A DNA stretch of 64,000 nucleotides from a virus (IMGVR_UViG_2585427970_000001), one strand, 5' to 3'. Numbered from the stretch's first letter, positions 1 through 10,400 are shown. A program made the numbers and translations. Notes: generated by a model not told the origin, from the letters alone.

Positions 1-517
1 CTTCATCGTCAGCCAGTGCTTCGATCAGGTCATCATCTACACCGCATGCTGCGAGGAAGTCAGCAACATTTGCCCATGCTTCGTTATAGGCATCGTCCTG
101 TTCTTCTGTAACTTCGGAGTCGTCGTCATCAGAGATACCAGCGATAGCCTGAACGAAACCATCAAGGGAGTCGAAAGTCAGATCACCGCTATCAGCCCAG
201 GCAAAAACGGCGTCGGCCGCATCACTCAACGCATTCTGCATAGCACTTCGATTTGCAGCTTCCAGAATCATCTGGTGCGCCTGTTCGACGGTCCATTCTT
301 TACCGTCTTTCCCTTCCAGGATTTGCTCAGGAGCCGGGGCAGATGGAACGTTATCGTTAGTCTGTGCCGCCGGTTCCGGATTATTATTAATAACCGGATC
401 TGTTGGCGGTTCGGCGCTTGCTCGGGCAGACTCCATCAGCTGCACAGGATCAGAGTTCAAAGCGAAACGGGACAGTCCATTCCCCAAAAATGCCCCGGAT
501 TGAAAAAAGTTTTTGCT
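1..517 (-). CDS. hypothetical acidic phage protein, N-terminal part only (gene runs off the window start)
   Basis: ATG at 517 on the minus strand, preceded by an AAGGGAA RBS-like motif; frame MSKNFFQSGAFLGNG... stays open to position 1; co-oriented directly downstream of the two structural genes. Confidence 0.45.
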
Positions 518-529
518 CATTGTATTCCC

Positions 530-2119
530 TTACTTAATAAGCAGCGGTACGCCCTGGATACGACGGGCTACGCCAGTCGGGCAGCAGGCCCAGACTACTT
601 CCCATTTATCGAATTCCGCCTGCGTAACTTTCAGCACATACGGTTCTGTACCGTCAGCATCAGGATCACGAGGAGCCACCAGAGCGCCGGAGGCGACAAA
701 GCGATCCAAAAGTTTGGTCATCCCTTTAGTCAGACCAGCGGCAGTAATACCGTCAGGGCTATGCTTCATCTGGCGGGCTAACTGGACAAAGAAACGGCTG
801 ATTGCATTCATCAGGGATGGGACGTGCTGGAAGTGCAGATAGTTATCCTGCGTGCAGCAAGTTAAAGCATCGTCGATGATCATCTGGCCAGAGGTGCCAA
901 CAGATACTTTATTGAGGCGGCCCTTAACCATTGCTTCTTCGTCCGGGGTATCTTCCGGATACAGCGGTTGAATTGACGCACGAGCAATGACGGCACGTTC
1001 TTCACCAGCCGGTGAGTAATGCCAACCGCCGACATCAGAGTTTTTCTTGACGCCACGAGCTTTCGCCGCATACGCCGCGCCAGACAGACCGAAGACCACA
1101 CGGGATTGGGTCCATTTGTCTTTGCAGGAGAACGGGAAGTGATAGACAGCACAGCTTACATAATCGGTACCAAGTAAACCGGTATCTTCAACAGCAGAGA
1201 GCGCTTCCGTATACGTCAATGTCGGTTTGACATCAAAGAAGCCATCAATCAGGCGATCAGAACAGATATTACCTAACGCGGTGATCGCCGCATTGTCATA
1301 GCAACCCAGGCCGAGAACAGCGGTGTACATGTACGGCGCATTGTTCAGCACCTTAACCGCACGCAGGTAGGCTTCGGTGGAGATTTTCGACTGATCGCCG
1401 TTGGTACCGCCAGTGAACGCCAGTGATTTTTTATTTGTTACTTTCGCGGTCGAAATCAGCTCTTCATTAACAACCGCACGCAGATATTTAGAACGGGCTT
1501 CCAGAGCCGTAGGCAGATAACACAAGCGGCCCATGTCATCTTTCGCTTCTTCCGCCAAAGACACAGTGTGTGTCTCCAGGGTCGTTACCACACCGAGCGA
1601 AGTCGTCTGGGTCAGTTTCAGGAGGAAGCGTTCATTACCTGCGCTGTCCGCTGTTGCCGTTTCGATGGTTAACTCACGGGTAGGTGAAATACACGGATCA
1701 CCATCATCAACGTAGATAGCAAAGGCTTCGCCGCTATCAAGTTCAATTTCAGAACCGTATGGCAACGCACTGTAAGCCGGTTCGCCTGATTCATCGAACA
1801 TAATAATCGGGAACTTCGCATCATCCGGAACAGCACGGACAACATAACCAGACGTTTGCTGAATAGCTTCGTATACATGGCGAATTGGTTCGAACTGTGA
1901 GCCGGAAGACGGCTTCAGCGGTTCGCCGAGAACATCTTCGTAATTGGACTCAGTAACCGCAAGAACAGTAAACGGCTTGCCACGCGCAAATACGCCAATA
2001 CCAGCCCACAAGCTGCTATTTAATGCAACACCGGTAGATAACGTCGCATCGGCATTGATCGGGCTAACCGCGACGCCGGATGCATTGCCTAATGACTGTT
2101 GAATTGAATATTGAGACAT
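530..2119 (-). CDS. phage structural protein at the P1 gene-22 position (probable tail sheath)
   Basis: 529-aa ORF co-oriented with the neighbouring capsid-like gene next to the partition locus; assignment is positional, no diagnostic motif identified. Confidence 0.5.
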   Translation of the reverse strand: MSQYSIQQSLGNASGVAVSPINADATLSTGVALNSSLWAGIGVFARGKPFTVLAVTESNYEDVLGEPLKPSSGSQFEPIRHVYEAIQQTSGYVVRAVPDDAKFPIIMFDESGEPAYSALPYGSEIELDSGEAFAIYVDDGDPCISPTRELTIETATADSAGNERFLLKLTQTTSLGVVTTLETHTVSLAEEAKDDMGRLCYLPTALEARSKYLRAVVNEELISTAKVTNKKSLAFTGGTNGDQSKISTEAYLRAVKVLNNAPYMYTAVLGLGCYDNAAITALGNICSDRLIDGFFDVKPTLTYTEALSAVEDTGLLGTDYVSCAVYHFPFSCKDKWTQSRVVFGLSGAAYAAKARGVKKNSDVGGWHYSPAGEERAVIARASIQPLYPEDTPDEEAMVKGRLNKVSVGTSGQMIIDDALTCCTQDNYLHFQHVPSLMNAISRFFVQLARQMKHSPDGITAAGLTKGMTKLLDRFVASGALVAPRDPDADGTEPYVLKVTQAEFDKWEVVWACCPTGVARRIQGVPLLIK

Positions 2120-2179
2120 AACTTTCCCTGTTATGCGCCCCGCACGGGGGCGCTATGTTAAACGGAGAACTTCCCCTGA

Positions 2180-3886
2180 TTACTCAGAGTCACCGGCATC
2201 AATCGTGTCGCCGCTTATGAAGTTAAGCCCGCCTTTTTTGGCCATTGTCAGCGTTACACGAGTGAAGTAATCAGCGCCGTTGCGTGGGTGCATATCGTTG
2301 ATAGCCGAACCCCACAGCGTGGTACGGTTGACCAGCGCCGGAGTGGTCGGATGCTGGAACGGGATGGCCGGGACAGCATCACCAGTCACGAAGCCTGCTT
2401 TACCCGGATTTTCATCACGGACGTAGCACAGCACATCCATCGAGCTGAACTGAATGTTCTCTGTCGTTAAGTTCTTACAAATACCAGCAGGTACTTCGTA
2501 CACTTTCACGTTACCGAACAGGGTACCGATGTAGTGAACATACGGAGTCTGGATATAGTCTTCGGCTGGCTGGAAGAAATCCTTCGGCAACTGTTTGAAG
2601 AAAGATGCTGCATCAGCACCAGCAAACATCCCCATCGCACCAGAAGATTTAACGCGCTCAATAATGTCGCGATATACAGTCTGGAATTTGCCACGAATGA
2701 TGGTTGCCCATACATCAAAGGACTGGTTAACCGGCAGAGCGATGTCAAAGGTGTCGGCCGCAAGAGTGCGCCAGATCATGATGCGAAGACGCAGCATATC
2801 CTGTTCATGAGACAGGTATTCCTTCAGGGTGCGGAACTGTAGGGAACCCAGGTCCAGACCAAATTCACGCTGTGCTTCATACGCCGCCTGTACCGTGTGC
2901 TCAGCCGCGATAACGAACTGACTTGGGAACAGGGTGTATTTCTTCATTTCGTGGTTGATCAGCGGGATCAGCTCAGGAGCGGCTTCAATATTGATTTCCG
3001 TCTCAATTGCGATCTCAGTGCCTTTATCCGGCGCTTTGGAGAACGACAGGGCAATCTGACCAATGTTGTAGTTCAGAGAGCAGGTAACAGTGATTTGCTC
3101 ACCAGCAGCATTAGTAAACGAGTGAAGTAGGCTGCCGGAACCGTTATCAACAACAGACTTAATACGGTTAACGTAGATGTTAGTGCGACCTTTTCGGATT
3201 GGTACATTCTGGCCTTCGAAGTCTTCCATCTTGAAGGTTGCGGTTTTGCTGGTGCCATCGGAGCTTGCCACCAGCACATAGCGGCGGCGTAACTGGCTGT
3301 ACACACCGACGGATTGCATGTCCAGAACATCACCAGCAGCATAAGAACCAAAAGAGGAACCTGCCACGTTAAAGACTTCATAGATGTCGGACTGGTCACG
3401 CGTAACCGGAATGAAGGTACACGCATCAGCGGTAGCTGCCCCCAACTGAACAGGCAGGATCATCGCGAGGAATAAAGGCAGACGCATAACACCGTCAGAA
3501 ACGCTCATCATCTCTGCTGCGACGGATTCCAGCATCGCTTTATTAGTGGCATCCATGCTATTGCGGGTGGACTCAATCAGGCAGTTTTCCAGCGTCTGGT
3601 GGCAGGAGGCCAGAATTTCCGGACGCGGCATAGATTTATGTGCTGCGGCGTAGTCAGCCAGTGCACTTGCCCACGCTGTAGCGATTTGAGCGGTGGCATT
3701 ATCAGAGATACCCGCAAAAACCGGATCTTTACGTGCAGCTTCAAGGATAGATGCGGCACGCGCGGCATCATCTTTAATGAATTGGTTATCAGTACCGAAC
3801 TGCGCAGTGCTTGCCCAGCCAAGCACAGCTTTAGAGCGTTTTGCGATATCTGCAATACGATTCTGGTATTCGCGTAAGTTACTCAA
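2180..3886 (-). CDS. phage structural protein at the P1 gene-23 position (probable major head protein)
   Basis: Long ORF (575 aa in the track, which starts at a TTG at 3907); a TTG at 3886 preceded by AAGGAAGAG is the more likely start; positional assignment. Confidence 0.5.
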   Translation of the reverse strand: MSNLREYQNRIADIAKRSKAVLGWASTAQFGTDNQFIKDDAARAASILEAARKDPVFAGISDNATAQIATAWASALADYAAAHKSMPRPEILASCHQTLENCLIESTRNSMDATNKAMLESVAAEMMSVSDGVMRLPLFLAMILPVQLGAATADACTFIPVTRDQSDIYEVFNVAGSSFGSYAAGDVLDMQSVGVYSQLRRRYVLVASSDGTSKTATFKMEDFEGQNVPIRKGRTNIYVNRIKSVVDNGSGSLLHSFTNAAGEQITVTCSLNYNIGQIALSFSKAPDKGTEIAIETEINIEAAPELIPLINHEMKKYTLFPSQFVIAAEHTVQAAYEAQREFGLDLGSLQFRTLKEYLSHEQDMLRLRIMIWRTLAADTFDIALPVNQSFDVWATIIRGKFQTVYRDIIERVKSSGAMGMFAGADAASFFKQLPKDFFQPAEDYIQTPYVHYIGTLFGNVKVYEVPAGICKNLTTENIQFSSMDVLCYVRDENPGKAGFVTGDAVPAIPFQHPTTPALVNRTTLWGSAINDMHPRNGADYFTRVTLTMAKKGGLNFISGDTIDAGDSE

Positions 3887-4019
3887 TTTACTCTTCCTTA
3901 AACACAAGGCACTTGTGTGAATCCCTTTTCGGAAGAGATTTTATTGAAAGTCACTTGTTGACTTTCTCGCTAAAAGTAATTTTTTAAATTTTTTGTGCGG
4001 GGGAGGGGGGCAAGTAAAA

Positions 4020-4150
4020 CAGGCGTGAAACCGTGGGAATTTCAGTCTGAAATTTTTCATGAATATCTATATATATCATATATTTATACATGAAATAGAC
4101 GCGGGGCATTTTAGACAGGGGAGGGGGCTAAAGCCGCCTCCCACCAGCGG
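4020..4150. other. candidate parS partition site
   Basis: Non-coding stretch immediately downstream of parB with several ATTTCA/TGAAAT heptamer-like boxes (GTGAAAC, GAATTTCAG, TGAAATTT, CATGAAAT) around an AT-rich core (TATCTATATATATCATATATTTATAC) that could be an IHF site. Confidence 0.4.
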
Positions 4151-4152
4151 GA

Positions 4153-5118
4153 TTATTCCCCAGCAGACATTTTCCCAATGATTTTTTTTATTGCTTCGTC
4201 AATTTCAGTTTGCACTTCAGACGGGAGTCTGGAGAACTCGTAGGCGACAACCCGTTTTTTCGGATCGGACTTCTTTCGGGCATATTGGCGACGGTCAGAG
4301 AAGTCTCGCAGCTTCTCAACCACCACAGATTTAACCGGCGCGGGCTTCAGGCTTTTGCTTTCCGCTTTGAAGATAGCCAGTATCTTCGCTTTATCCTCTT
4401 TCGCGCCCTCAGTCTCTGCAATTCGTTCGCGCACCGTATCAACCAGCTCTTCAATCGGCACGCTTTTAGCGTTAGCATCCTCGGCGATCTGGAGCAGTAA
4501 CTGGTAATCTGGAAGGGCGAGATCGCTGGCTACGGGGAAGACAGCAATCATCTCATCCGGCACCGCGGCAGCTTGGAAAGCTCGCGTCACTTTAGCCTTT
4601 GAGATGTTCTCAGCTCGGGCGATCTCTTCTTTGGTCATATTCTTACCGTACATAACCTCGAAGCGTTTACCCAGCTCGCGCAGAGTATGTTCACGGGCTG
4701 TCTGGATATCAATGGCCAGCTGGCGGGCATCCGCCAGGCTGATCTCATCTTTCGTCACCAGAATCTCAAATTTCGTTTCATTGAAGATACACGCAGCACG
4801 GCGACGCGATCCGTCCAATACCTCAATGCGCTCCCCAACCATACGACCGATAGCCGGGAAGAACTGTTGCAATTTAATGGTGCGGGAAATATCGCTTACC
4901 GACTCAGGGGTGAGCAGAGACTGATCGCGGCCGTTAACTGCCGGGTCAACGAACGTGCGCGACTCAATCTCACCACTCAGCACGACGGTAAGCAAGAATT
5001 TAGCCTGGCGGCCAGATTTTAGGGTAAAGGTTTTGGTGCCTTCACTGCCTTCAAGCATGCGAGCAAACTCGGAGCTATTCTTGCCCAGCACTCGTCCACG
5101 GGAAACTATTTTTTTCAT
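4153..5118 (-). CDS. parB: plasmid partition protein ParB (P1 family)
   Basis: 321-aa ORF translationally coupled to parA upstream; ParB-like central motifs (ILDGSRRR...); position between parA and candidate parS. Confidence 0.85.
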   Translation of the reverse strand: MKKIVSRGRVLGKNSSEFARMLEGSEGTKTFTLKSGRQAKFLLTVVLSGEIESRTFVDPAVNGRDQSLLTPESVSDISRTIKLQQFFPAIGRMVGERIEVLDGSRRRAACIFNETKFEILVTKDEISLADARQLAIDIQTAREHTLRELGKRFEVMYGKNMTKEEIARAENISKAKVTRAFQAAAVPDEMIAVFPVASDLALPDYQLLLQIAEDANAKSVPIEELVDTVRERIAETEGAKEDKAKILAIFKAESKSLKPAPVKSVVVEKLRDFSDRRQYARKKSDPKKRVVAYEFSRLPSEVQTEIDEAIKKIIGKMSAGE

Positions 5119-6326
5119 GCCGCCTCACCCCTAACAAACTCAATTCGATCAAACACAGCCTTAGTGAAACGCTCGGCCTCGGTTCGTGCCTTCTTCAGCG
5201 CCTCTGCACTGCCTGGATACGATTGCGGGTTGGCACTGATTACGGTGTCGAAAGACTCGCCGCATCGCTCAAAGCCATCCAGACGAGGCAGAGAAGAGTC
5301 CAGAATGTTGCTGGCGTAAACCTCACGCGCAAGGCTGTGTGATGTCTCGTGATCGCGCTTGCCGGTCATCTTCGACATAAAACCAATGCTGGCGCTCAAA
5401 CGCGGTTCTACGCCTTCCTCCTCCAGTTGCTCCAGCATTTCTGGCAGACGGGTGAGATATTTCAGTGTTGAGTGGAAGTCAACCTGGGCTGGTGGGGTAG
5501 GGGTAAGCAGCAAATCGCTGGCCGCCAGACCGTTGAGCAGGAACGGATCCAGGTGTGGACCGGTATCAATAAAGATAAAGTCATAATCATCCGCAACACG
5601 ATCAATGATATTGCGTCGAAGGATTTCGTACTGATTTTGTCCGGGAAGATGCTCTTCAACCAGCTCTTTCCATTGGCTGGCAACAAAGCCATCGTCGATA
5701 GAGGCTGGAATCACGTCTACGCCAGGAACGATGGTCGGACGAATCACCTCTTTGCGTAGCGTCTCCGCGTCCAGGTCGTTCAGCATCGCCTGCGCGGCGG
5801 TTTCCAGGATGGAACCAATACTGTGAGTATGGTCGAGGAACATTGTGCTGGATGCCTGAGGGTCAAGGTCAATTACCAGAATGCGCAGATCGTGACGCAG
5901 TAAATCCTGATGCACACGCAGAGCGTGCGCCAACGTGACTGTGGAAACCGTTTTGGATACGCCACCCTTCAGGTTTACGACAAAAATAACGTAAGGCGAT
6001 TTGTGAATGTCGCGATATTTGGGGATCTTACGGTGGGCATAGATATCAATGACGTTCTGGATGGTCAGCGCGTACTGTTCAACGTTACCGACCTGTTTCT
6101 TGTTGAACTGGTACCCATCATCTTCCATCTCTTTGATGGCCTGTTCCACAATGCGGCGGCTCAGCTTCGGCAACTTTGCCACAGCGTTACGAGTGAACGT
6201 CTGATAATACTCGGTCTGATTGAACTCTTTGCGCTGATCTTCAATATCCTGACTCATGGCCTTAAGTAATGCGCTTGCACGAAGAGCTATGGTGCCGACA
6301 CCGCCGTAATCGCGTTTCATCATCAT
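5115..6326 (-). CDS. parA: plasmid partition ATPase ParA (P1 family, long N-terminal type)
   Basis: 403-aa ORF with deviant Walker A KGGVSKT (VVNLKGGVSKTVST), DLDPQ and FIDTGPH motifs; overlaps parB start; lies between repA iterons and parB. Confidence 0.9.
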   Translation of the reverse strand: MMMKRDYGGVGTIALRASALLKAMSQDIEDQRKEFNQTEYYQTFTRNAVAKLPKLSRRIVEQAIKEMEDDGYQFNKKQVGNVEQYALTIQNVIDIYAHRKIPKYRDIHKSPYVIFVVNLKGGVSKTVSTVTLAHALRVHQDLLRHDLRILVIDLDPQASSTMFLDHTHSIGSILETAAQAMLNDLDAETLRKEVIRPTIVPGVDVIPASIDDGFVASQWKELVEEHLPGQNQYEILRRNIIDRVADDYDFIFIDTGPHLDPFLLNGLAASDLLLTPTPPAQVDFHSTLKYLTRLPEMLEQLEEEGVEPRLSASIGFMSKMTGKRDHETSHSLAREVYASNILDSSLPRLDGFERCGESFDTVISANPQSYPGSAEALKKARTEAERFTKAVFDRIEFVRGEAA

Positions 6327-6435
6327 CTCCTTATCATTTCGTATGAGTGAATTGTACGTTTGATTCTGCTATGTGCAACTTTTTTTGATTCGTGCGTCAA
6401 TTATTGCACGTAAAGAAATGGCGATGAGGCTATTA

Positions 6436-6658
6436 GATGTGTGCTGGAGGGATGATGCAGGACCAGAATGTGCGATAGAGGGAAGTCGCATTGAATTATG
6501 TGCTGTGGAGGGATCGCTGGTATCAAATATGTGTGCTGGAGGGAAAGTCTGGGCAAACTGCGGGGCGTCCCCCTCCAGCGCACATCAAAAACAGGAAATT
6601 GGACAAGCCTTCCCGGCAGCACACATTTTTTTAATGCAGCTTCCCTCCAGCACACACT
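6436..6658. repeat. incA-type iteron array (RepA binding sites, copy-number control)
   Basis: At least six copies of the ~17-19 bp iteron GATGTGTGCTGGAGGGA in both orientations (about 6436, 6496, 6530 forward; 6571, 6611, 6642 reverse) between parA and the repA stop. Confidence 0.8.
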
Positions 6659-7518
6659 TATTCTGGGAGTTTCAGCTTTGGATTGCGAGAATGGACGATT
6701 ACAAAACTTTCCCGGCCTTTCTTCTCAATTGAACAGTCGAGATAGCCGATTGTTTTAAGCTGTTCTATCGCTTTCTTAATGATACGGTTTTGCTCGCCAA
6801 CAGCTGACTGCAAAGCCAGGCGCTCACGGATTCGGGCGAAAGATAGCGGCAACGGATTCTGCGGAAGGCTTTCGATGAAAGTGTAAATGGCTTGTGCAGC
6901 TTCTTTCTTCGGAAGGGCACGCAAGGCGTGGTGTTGCAACAGAACGCGATAATCAAGCTGGAACAGCTCCCACAGCTTCGAATCAGCCTCCAGCTCTATC
7001 AGATCAAGGTCAGCATCAAAACGACCGACCTTTAGCAGACCAGTCTGATAGCCGCCTTTAGCATCTTTTCCGCGCTTAAAAGCGATACCCTTGTTACGCA
7101 AGCGTCCAAGTGATTCATGAATGGTTAAACGCAGTTTCGCATCCAGACGTTTTGAGGGGAAACCACAGGCTTTAGCGAATTCCTGAAACGATAACTGGAT
7201 GGTGTTTGAGGACAAGCCGTATTTGCTGAACGCGTAGATGACACCGATCCACGTTTTGAAATCAGTATCCATATCGAGTCGAGGACCGGTGATTTTAATA
7301 TCATCGTAACCCTCGGCTTTAGCTATCTCCAGCTGGGAAAACGCTTTGGTGGCATCAATCTCTTTACTTTCTCCTTTGCTCTTTGATGGCTTCGGAACGA
7401 ATACCCCCAAGCGCATCAGCGCTACAGGCTGCACAGTGTTGTTTGAATTAACTGTTAGTTCTTTTGCCTTACTTTCAATGTCTGCGTAAAGAATATCGGA
7501 GATAAATGATTGATTCAT
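6658..7518 (-). CDS. repA: replication initiator RepA (P1 plasmid replicon)
   Basis: 286-aa ORF MNQSFISDILYADIESKAKELTVNSNN... flanked by iteron arrays on both sides; matches P1 RepA as I recall it. Confidence 0.92.
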   Translation of the reverse strand: MNQSFISDILYADIESKAKELTVNSNNTVQPVALMRLGVFVPKPSKSKGESKEIDATKAFSQLEIAKAEGYDDIKITGPRLDMDTDFKTWIGVIYAFSKYGLSSNTIQLSFQEFAKACGFPSKRLDAKLRLTIHESLGRLRNKGIAFKRGKDAKGGYQTGLLKVGRFDADLDLIELEADSKLWELFQLDYRVLLQHHALRALPKKEAAQAIYTFIESLPQNPLPLSFARIRERLALQSAVGEQNRIIKKAIEQLKTIGYLDCSIEKKGRESFVIVHSRNPKLKLPE

Positions 7519-7577
7519 ATTACTTTTTCCGAATTATGTGGATAGTTTTTATAAGTGGTGATAACTACCCAGGCTTT

Positions 7578-7678
7578 CCCGTCAGCACACATCCTATATC
7601 CCGCCAGCACACATTAGCAACCCGTCAGCACACATTTTTATCCCTCCAGCACACATCGGTTTCCCTCCAGCACACATC
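7578..7678. repeat. incC-type iterons in the repA promoter/origin (5 direct copies)
   Basis: Five same-orientation copies of TCCC(G/T)(T/C)CAGCACACAT at about 7578, 7609, 7621, 7641 and 7662, immediately upstream of repA. Confidence 0.85.
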
Positions 7679-7714
7679 GCGATACACTTCTAAGCCAGAC
7701 GTGGCGCGGCCTGC

Positions 7715-7797
7715 AACGATCAGGGATCTATATGGATCTAATTGGGATCTGTATGGACCTAATTATTGGATCTACCCAGTGGATAATGTGGATAAGT
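7715..7797. other. oriR core: GATC-rich repeats plus tandem DnaA boxes
   Basis: Five GATC sites in CGATCAGGGATCTATATGGATCTAATTGGGATCTGTATGGACCTAATTATTGGATCTACC followed by AGTGGATAATGTGGATAAG (two TGTGGATAA-type DnaA boxes). Confidence 0.75.
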
Positions 7798-7835
7798 GAA
7801 AAACCGGCCAACATAGCCGGTTGGAAGGAAGGGTA

Positions 7836-8228
7836 TTATTCTACGCTTTCGATAAGAAGACCATGTTCATAACATTTAAGCTCATCGCCTTCGTACAGGA
7901 ATTGGTATCCAATACCACCATTTTCATGGACATTAGGGAATAACTCATAACTCACTGAAGAGCAAATTACACCAATGCAGCGATCAACGCCTTCTCGTTC
8001 TTCAGTGCTGAAAAAATCCTCTTCGGTAAGGACATGAGTACATTGCTCATCAGCATAGGTCGGAAATACATGCTCGATGCAATCCGGGTGTTTTAAACCA
8101 AGCTGATCGGCAAGCTCGAAAGCATGACGGTATTGTTCAGATCCTGGCTTGCCAACAGTGATGTGCTCAATTTTGTAGATTGAAGTTGCTTTGTTGATAG
8201 TTTGCTTTACTGTTACTTTATCAGACAT
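7836..8228 (-). CDS. hypothetical protein (upfA position of P1)
   Basis: 130-aa ORF directly downstream of oriR; no recognisable domain. Confidence 0.55.
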   Translation of the reverse strand: MSDKVTVKQTINKATSIYKIEHITVGKPGSEQYRHAFELADQLGLKHPDCIEHVFPTYADEQCTHVLTEEDFFSTEEREGVDRCIGVICSSVSYELFPNVHENGGIGYQFLYEGDELKCYEHGLLIESVE

Positions 8229-8239
8229 AAAAATCCCTT

Positions 8240-8572
8240 TTAGTTACCTCTGATAGCGCGGTTGTAATCATTAACGTTGCGATTCTTCCTGTTAATCCCC
8301 ATCAGCATCGTTTCTGTATCGAGGATATACGCTGGCAGATCATCAAAATATTCACTGCTAAACTCTGGCATCCTGCACATAAATGCACTTTTGGGGGCAG
8401 GGTGGTTAACCTTTGTCGGCGTCGGCGTTAAATTCGCTGATCGACTGCCGGAGCAACCGCTGAGTGTCAGCAGGAATGCGCTGGCGAACATTACCCGCCG
8501 CAACCAGTTGTTTCTGAACTTCAGCTTTTCGTTCCATTTGCCTGTCAGCATATTTGGCTTGTTCTGATTCAT
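8240..8572 (-). CDS. proline-rich lipoprotein (mlp position; o-spanin-like)
   Basis: Lipobox LTLSGC after a hydrophobic N-terminus, followed by proline-rich LTPTPTKVNHPAPKS; starts out of frame inside the 3' end of the upstream membrane-protein gene; likely start is the internal Met of MFASAFLLTLSGC. Confidence 0.55.
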   Translation of the reverse strand: MNQNKPNMLTGKWNEKLKFRNNWLRRVMFASAFLLTLSGCSGSRSANLTPTPTKVNHPAPKSAFMCRMPEFSSEYFDDLPAYILDTETMLMGINRKNRNVNDYNRAIRGN

Positions 8573-8855
8573 TTTTCACTTCCTGGCTGTGAAAATGTTG
8601 CTCTGCTTTGTTCATCGTCTCAATGGTCTGGTTAAGATCCATTATTGACTTATCACGTTCCTTAACAGCCTGATCAAGACTGCCAATTTTCTCCATGGCT
8701 TGCTTTAGCTGATGACGTTCCCATGCAAACCCAGCACCAACAAGTGCGCAAATCAGAACAAGAACACCAGTAGCAGCAAGTTTCTCCTTCAAAGACAAAG
8801 CTGTTTTTAACGTAGAAAAGAATGACATGTCTTCCTCCTGAAGAAAAATTATCAA
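8406..8855 (-). CDS. membrane-anchored coiled-coil protein (i-spanin-like)
   Basis: N-terminal TM segment (TGVLVLICALVGAGFAW) followed by a charged, heptad-like region; its 3' end overlaps the lipoprotein gene. Confidence 0.5.
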   Translation of the reverse strand: MIIFLQEEDMSFFSTLKTALSLKEKLAATGVLVLICALVGAGFAWERHQLKQAMEKIGSLDQAVKERDKSIMDLNQTIETMNKAEQHFHSQEVKNESEQAKYADRQMERKAEVQKQLVAAGNVRQRIPADTQRLLRQSISEFNADADKG

Positions 8856-8867
8856 TGAAGTCCTTTG

Positions 8868-9404
8868 TTACTGTGCCGCTTTGTTTAATTCATCAAGAAC
8901 AGAAGCAGGAACCAAAGCGGCAACTGCGCTGGCTGTGCTGACCTTATTTGCTGATGCTTCCGCAAGCGCGGTACCGATAGCATGGTTATAAGCAGTTATG
9001 GCTACGTTGGCGCTTTCATTCGCTCGTTCATACTGCTGTTGTAACGCAGTTGTGGGCGCTGTTGTCTGGTTGAAAACAACCCCAAACTGTTCAGTTGCTA
9101 CTTTCAGAGATTCAATTTGCTCTTCTGTTAGTGCTGGTGGGGGAGTGGCAGTGCCGCCGCCTGAACCAGAGCCTGACGAGCTTCCTGAGCCAGTGTTAAG
9201 GGTCTGGTTAATCTCCCCCATAGCAGCGACTAAACTTGATGTATTAAGCGCGTTAACAGCGTCCTCAAGCGATTTAGTAATATTCACATCACCAATGGCA
9301 ATAGAGATCGGCAGTTCTGAAACTTCTCGCTCATTAGCACGGCAGTAAACATCCCAACCAATATCGAGTTGAAGCAGCATTGACAGATCTGCATAACCAG
9401 CCAA
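8868..9404 (-). CDS. hypothetical protein with Gly/Ser-rich linker
   Basis: 178-aa ORF with central GSGSSSGSGSGGG linker; no recognisable domain. Confidence 0.5.
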   Translation of the reverse strand: MAGYADLSMLLQLDIGWDVYCRANEREVSELPISIAIGDVNITKSLEDAVNALNTSSLVAAMGEINQTLNTGSGSSSGSGSGGGTATPPPALTEEQIESLKVATEQFGVVFNQTTAPTTALQQQYERANESANVAITAYNHAIGTALAEASANKVSTASAVAALVPASVLDELNKAAQ

Positions 9405-9509
9405 CAGGTCCGCGTGCTTAGTTGCCAGTTCTCCAATGTTCGTTAAGCCGGTTGTGGTTGTTCTGATTGAACCGCCCCGGGTTTCCTGGAGAGTGTTTTA
9501 TCTGTGAAC

Positions 9510-10400
9510 TCAGGCTGCCAGATCATCGTTTCCGATGGAAGCATAATAAGCTTTTTCTGCTTCTGCCGGAGGAGTATGGCCCAGCCTTTCCAGCAATCGT
9601 CGATTGTTATACCAGTCCACCCACGTGAGTGTGGCCAGTTCCACTTCTGCACGGTTTTTCCAGCTCTTACGGTGTATTACCTCCGCTTTGTAAAGACCAT
9701 TGATGCTCTCCGCCATCGCGTTGTCATACGAGTCGCCTGTACTTCCTGTTGATGCCAGTAATCCGGCTTCCTTAAGCCGCTGTGTGTAGGCCAGCGATAC
9801 ATACTGAGAACCTTTATCACTGTGATGGACCGTGCCGGACGGTCGACGGGCCCATAACGCCTGCTCCAGTGCATCCAGCACGAATGTCGTTTCCATGGAC
9901 GATGAGACCCGCCACCCCACGATGTATCCGGCAAACACATCAATGATGAACGCCACATAGACGAAGCCCCGCCATGTGCTGACGTAAGTAAAATCAGCCA
10001 CCCACAGCTGGTCAGGTCGTTCTGCCACGAACTGACGGTTTACGCGGTCGCCTGCGGCAACGGCTTTCCGGCTGATGGTCGTACGGACCTTTTTACCCCG
10101 GAGAACACCGGCAAGTCCCATAACCGCCATGAGACGTGCCACAGTGCATCTGGCCACTCTGATACCTTCCCGTAACAACTGACGCCAGACTTTACGCACA
10201 CCGTATACCTTGTGATTTTCATCGTATACGCGCTGTATCTCTTTCTTCAGCCAGTCATCGCGCTGCGCACGGGCACTGCGTTTATCCGGATGATGTCGCT
10301 GTTGCTGACAGTGGTAATACGTTGACGGGGCAATATGTAGTTCACTGCATACCGGTCCGACCCCGTACAGCTTACGCAGCTTATCCAGCAGTGGCATCAC
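9510..10400 (-). CDS. IS629-like transposase OrfB (DDE catalytic part)
   Basis: 296-aa ORF with IS3-family DDE region (WVADFTYV ... HSDKGSQY ... DNAMAES). Confidence 0.9.
   Translation of the reverse strand: MMPLLDKLRKLYGVGPVCSELHIAPSTYYHCQQQRHHPDKRSARAQRDDWLKKEIQRVYDENHKVYGVRKVWRQLLREGIRVARCTVARLMAVMGLAGVLRGKKVRTTISRKAVAAGDRVNRQFVAERPDQLWVADFTYVSTWRGFVYVAFIIDVFAGYIVGWRVSSSMETTFVLDALEQALWARRPSGTVHHSDKGSQYVSLAYTQRLKEAGLLASTGSTGDSYDNAMAESINGLYKAEVIHRKSWKNRAEVELATLTWVDWYNNRRLLERLGHTPPAEAEKAYYASIGNDDLAA

Noticed and set aside
275-842. Plus-strand ORFs 275-781 and 513-842 at the left edge
   Set aside because: They overlap the minus-strand structural gene and the partial acidic ORF, with no RBS and Arg/Cys-rich low-complexity translations.
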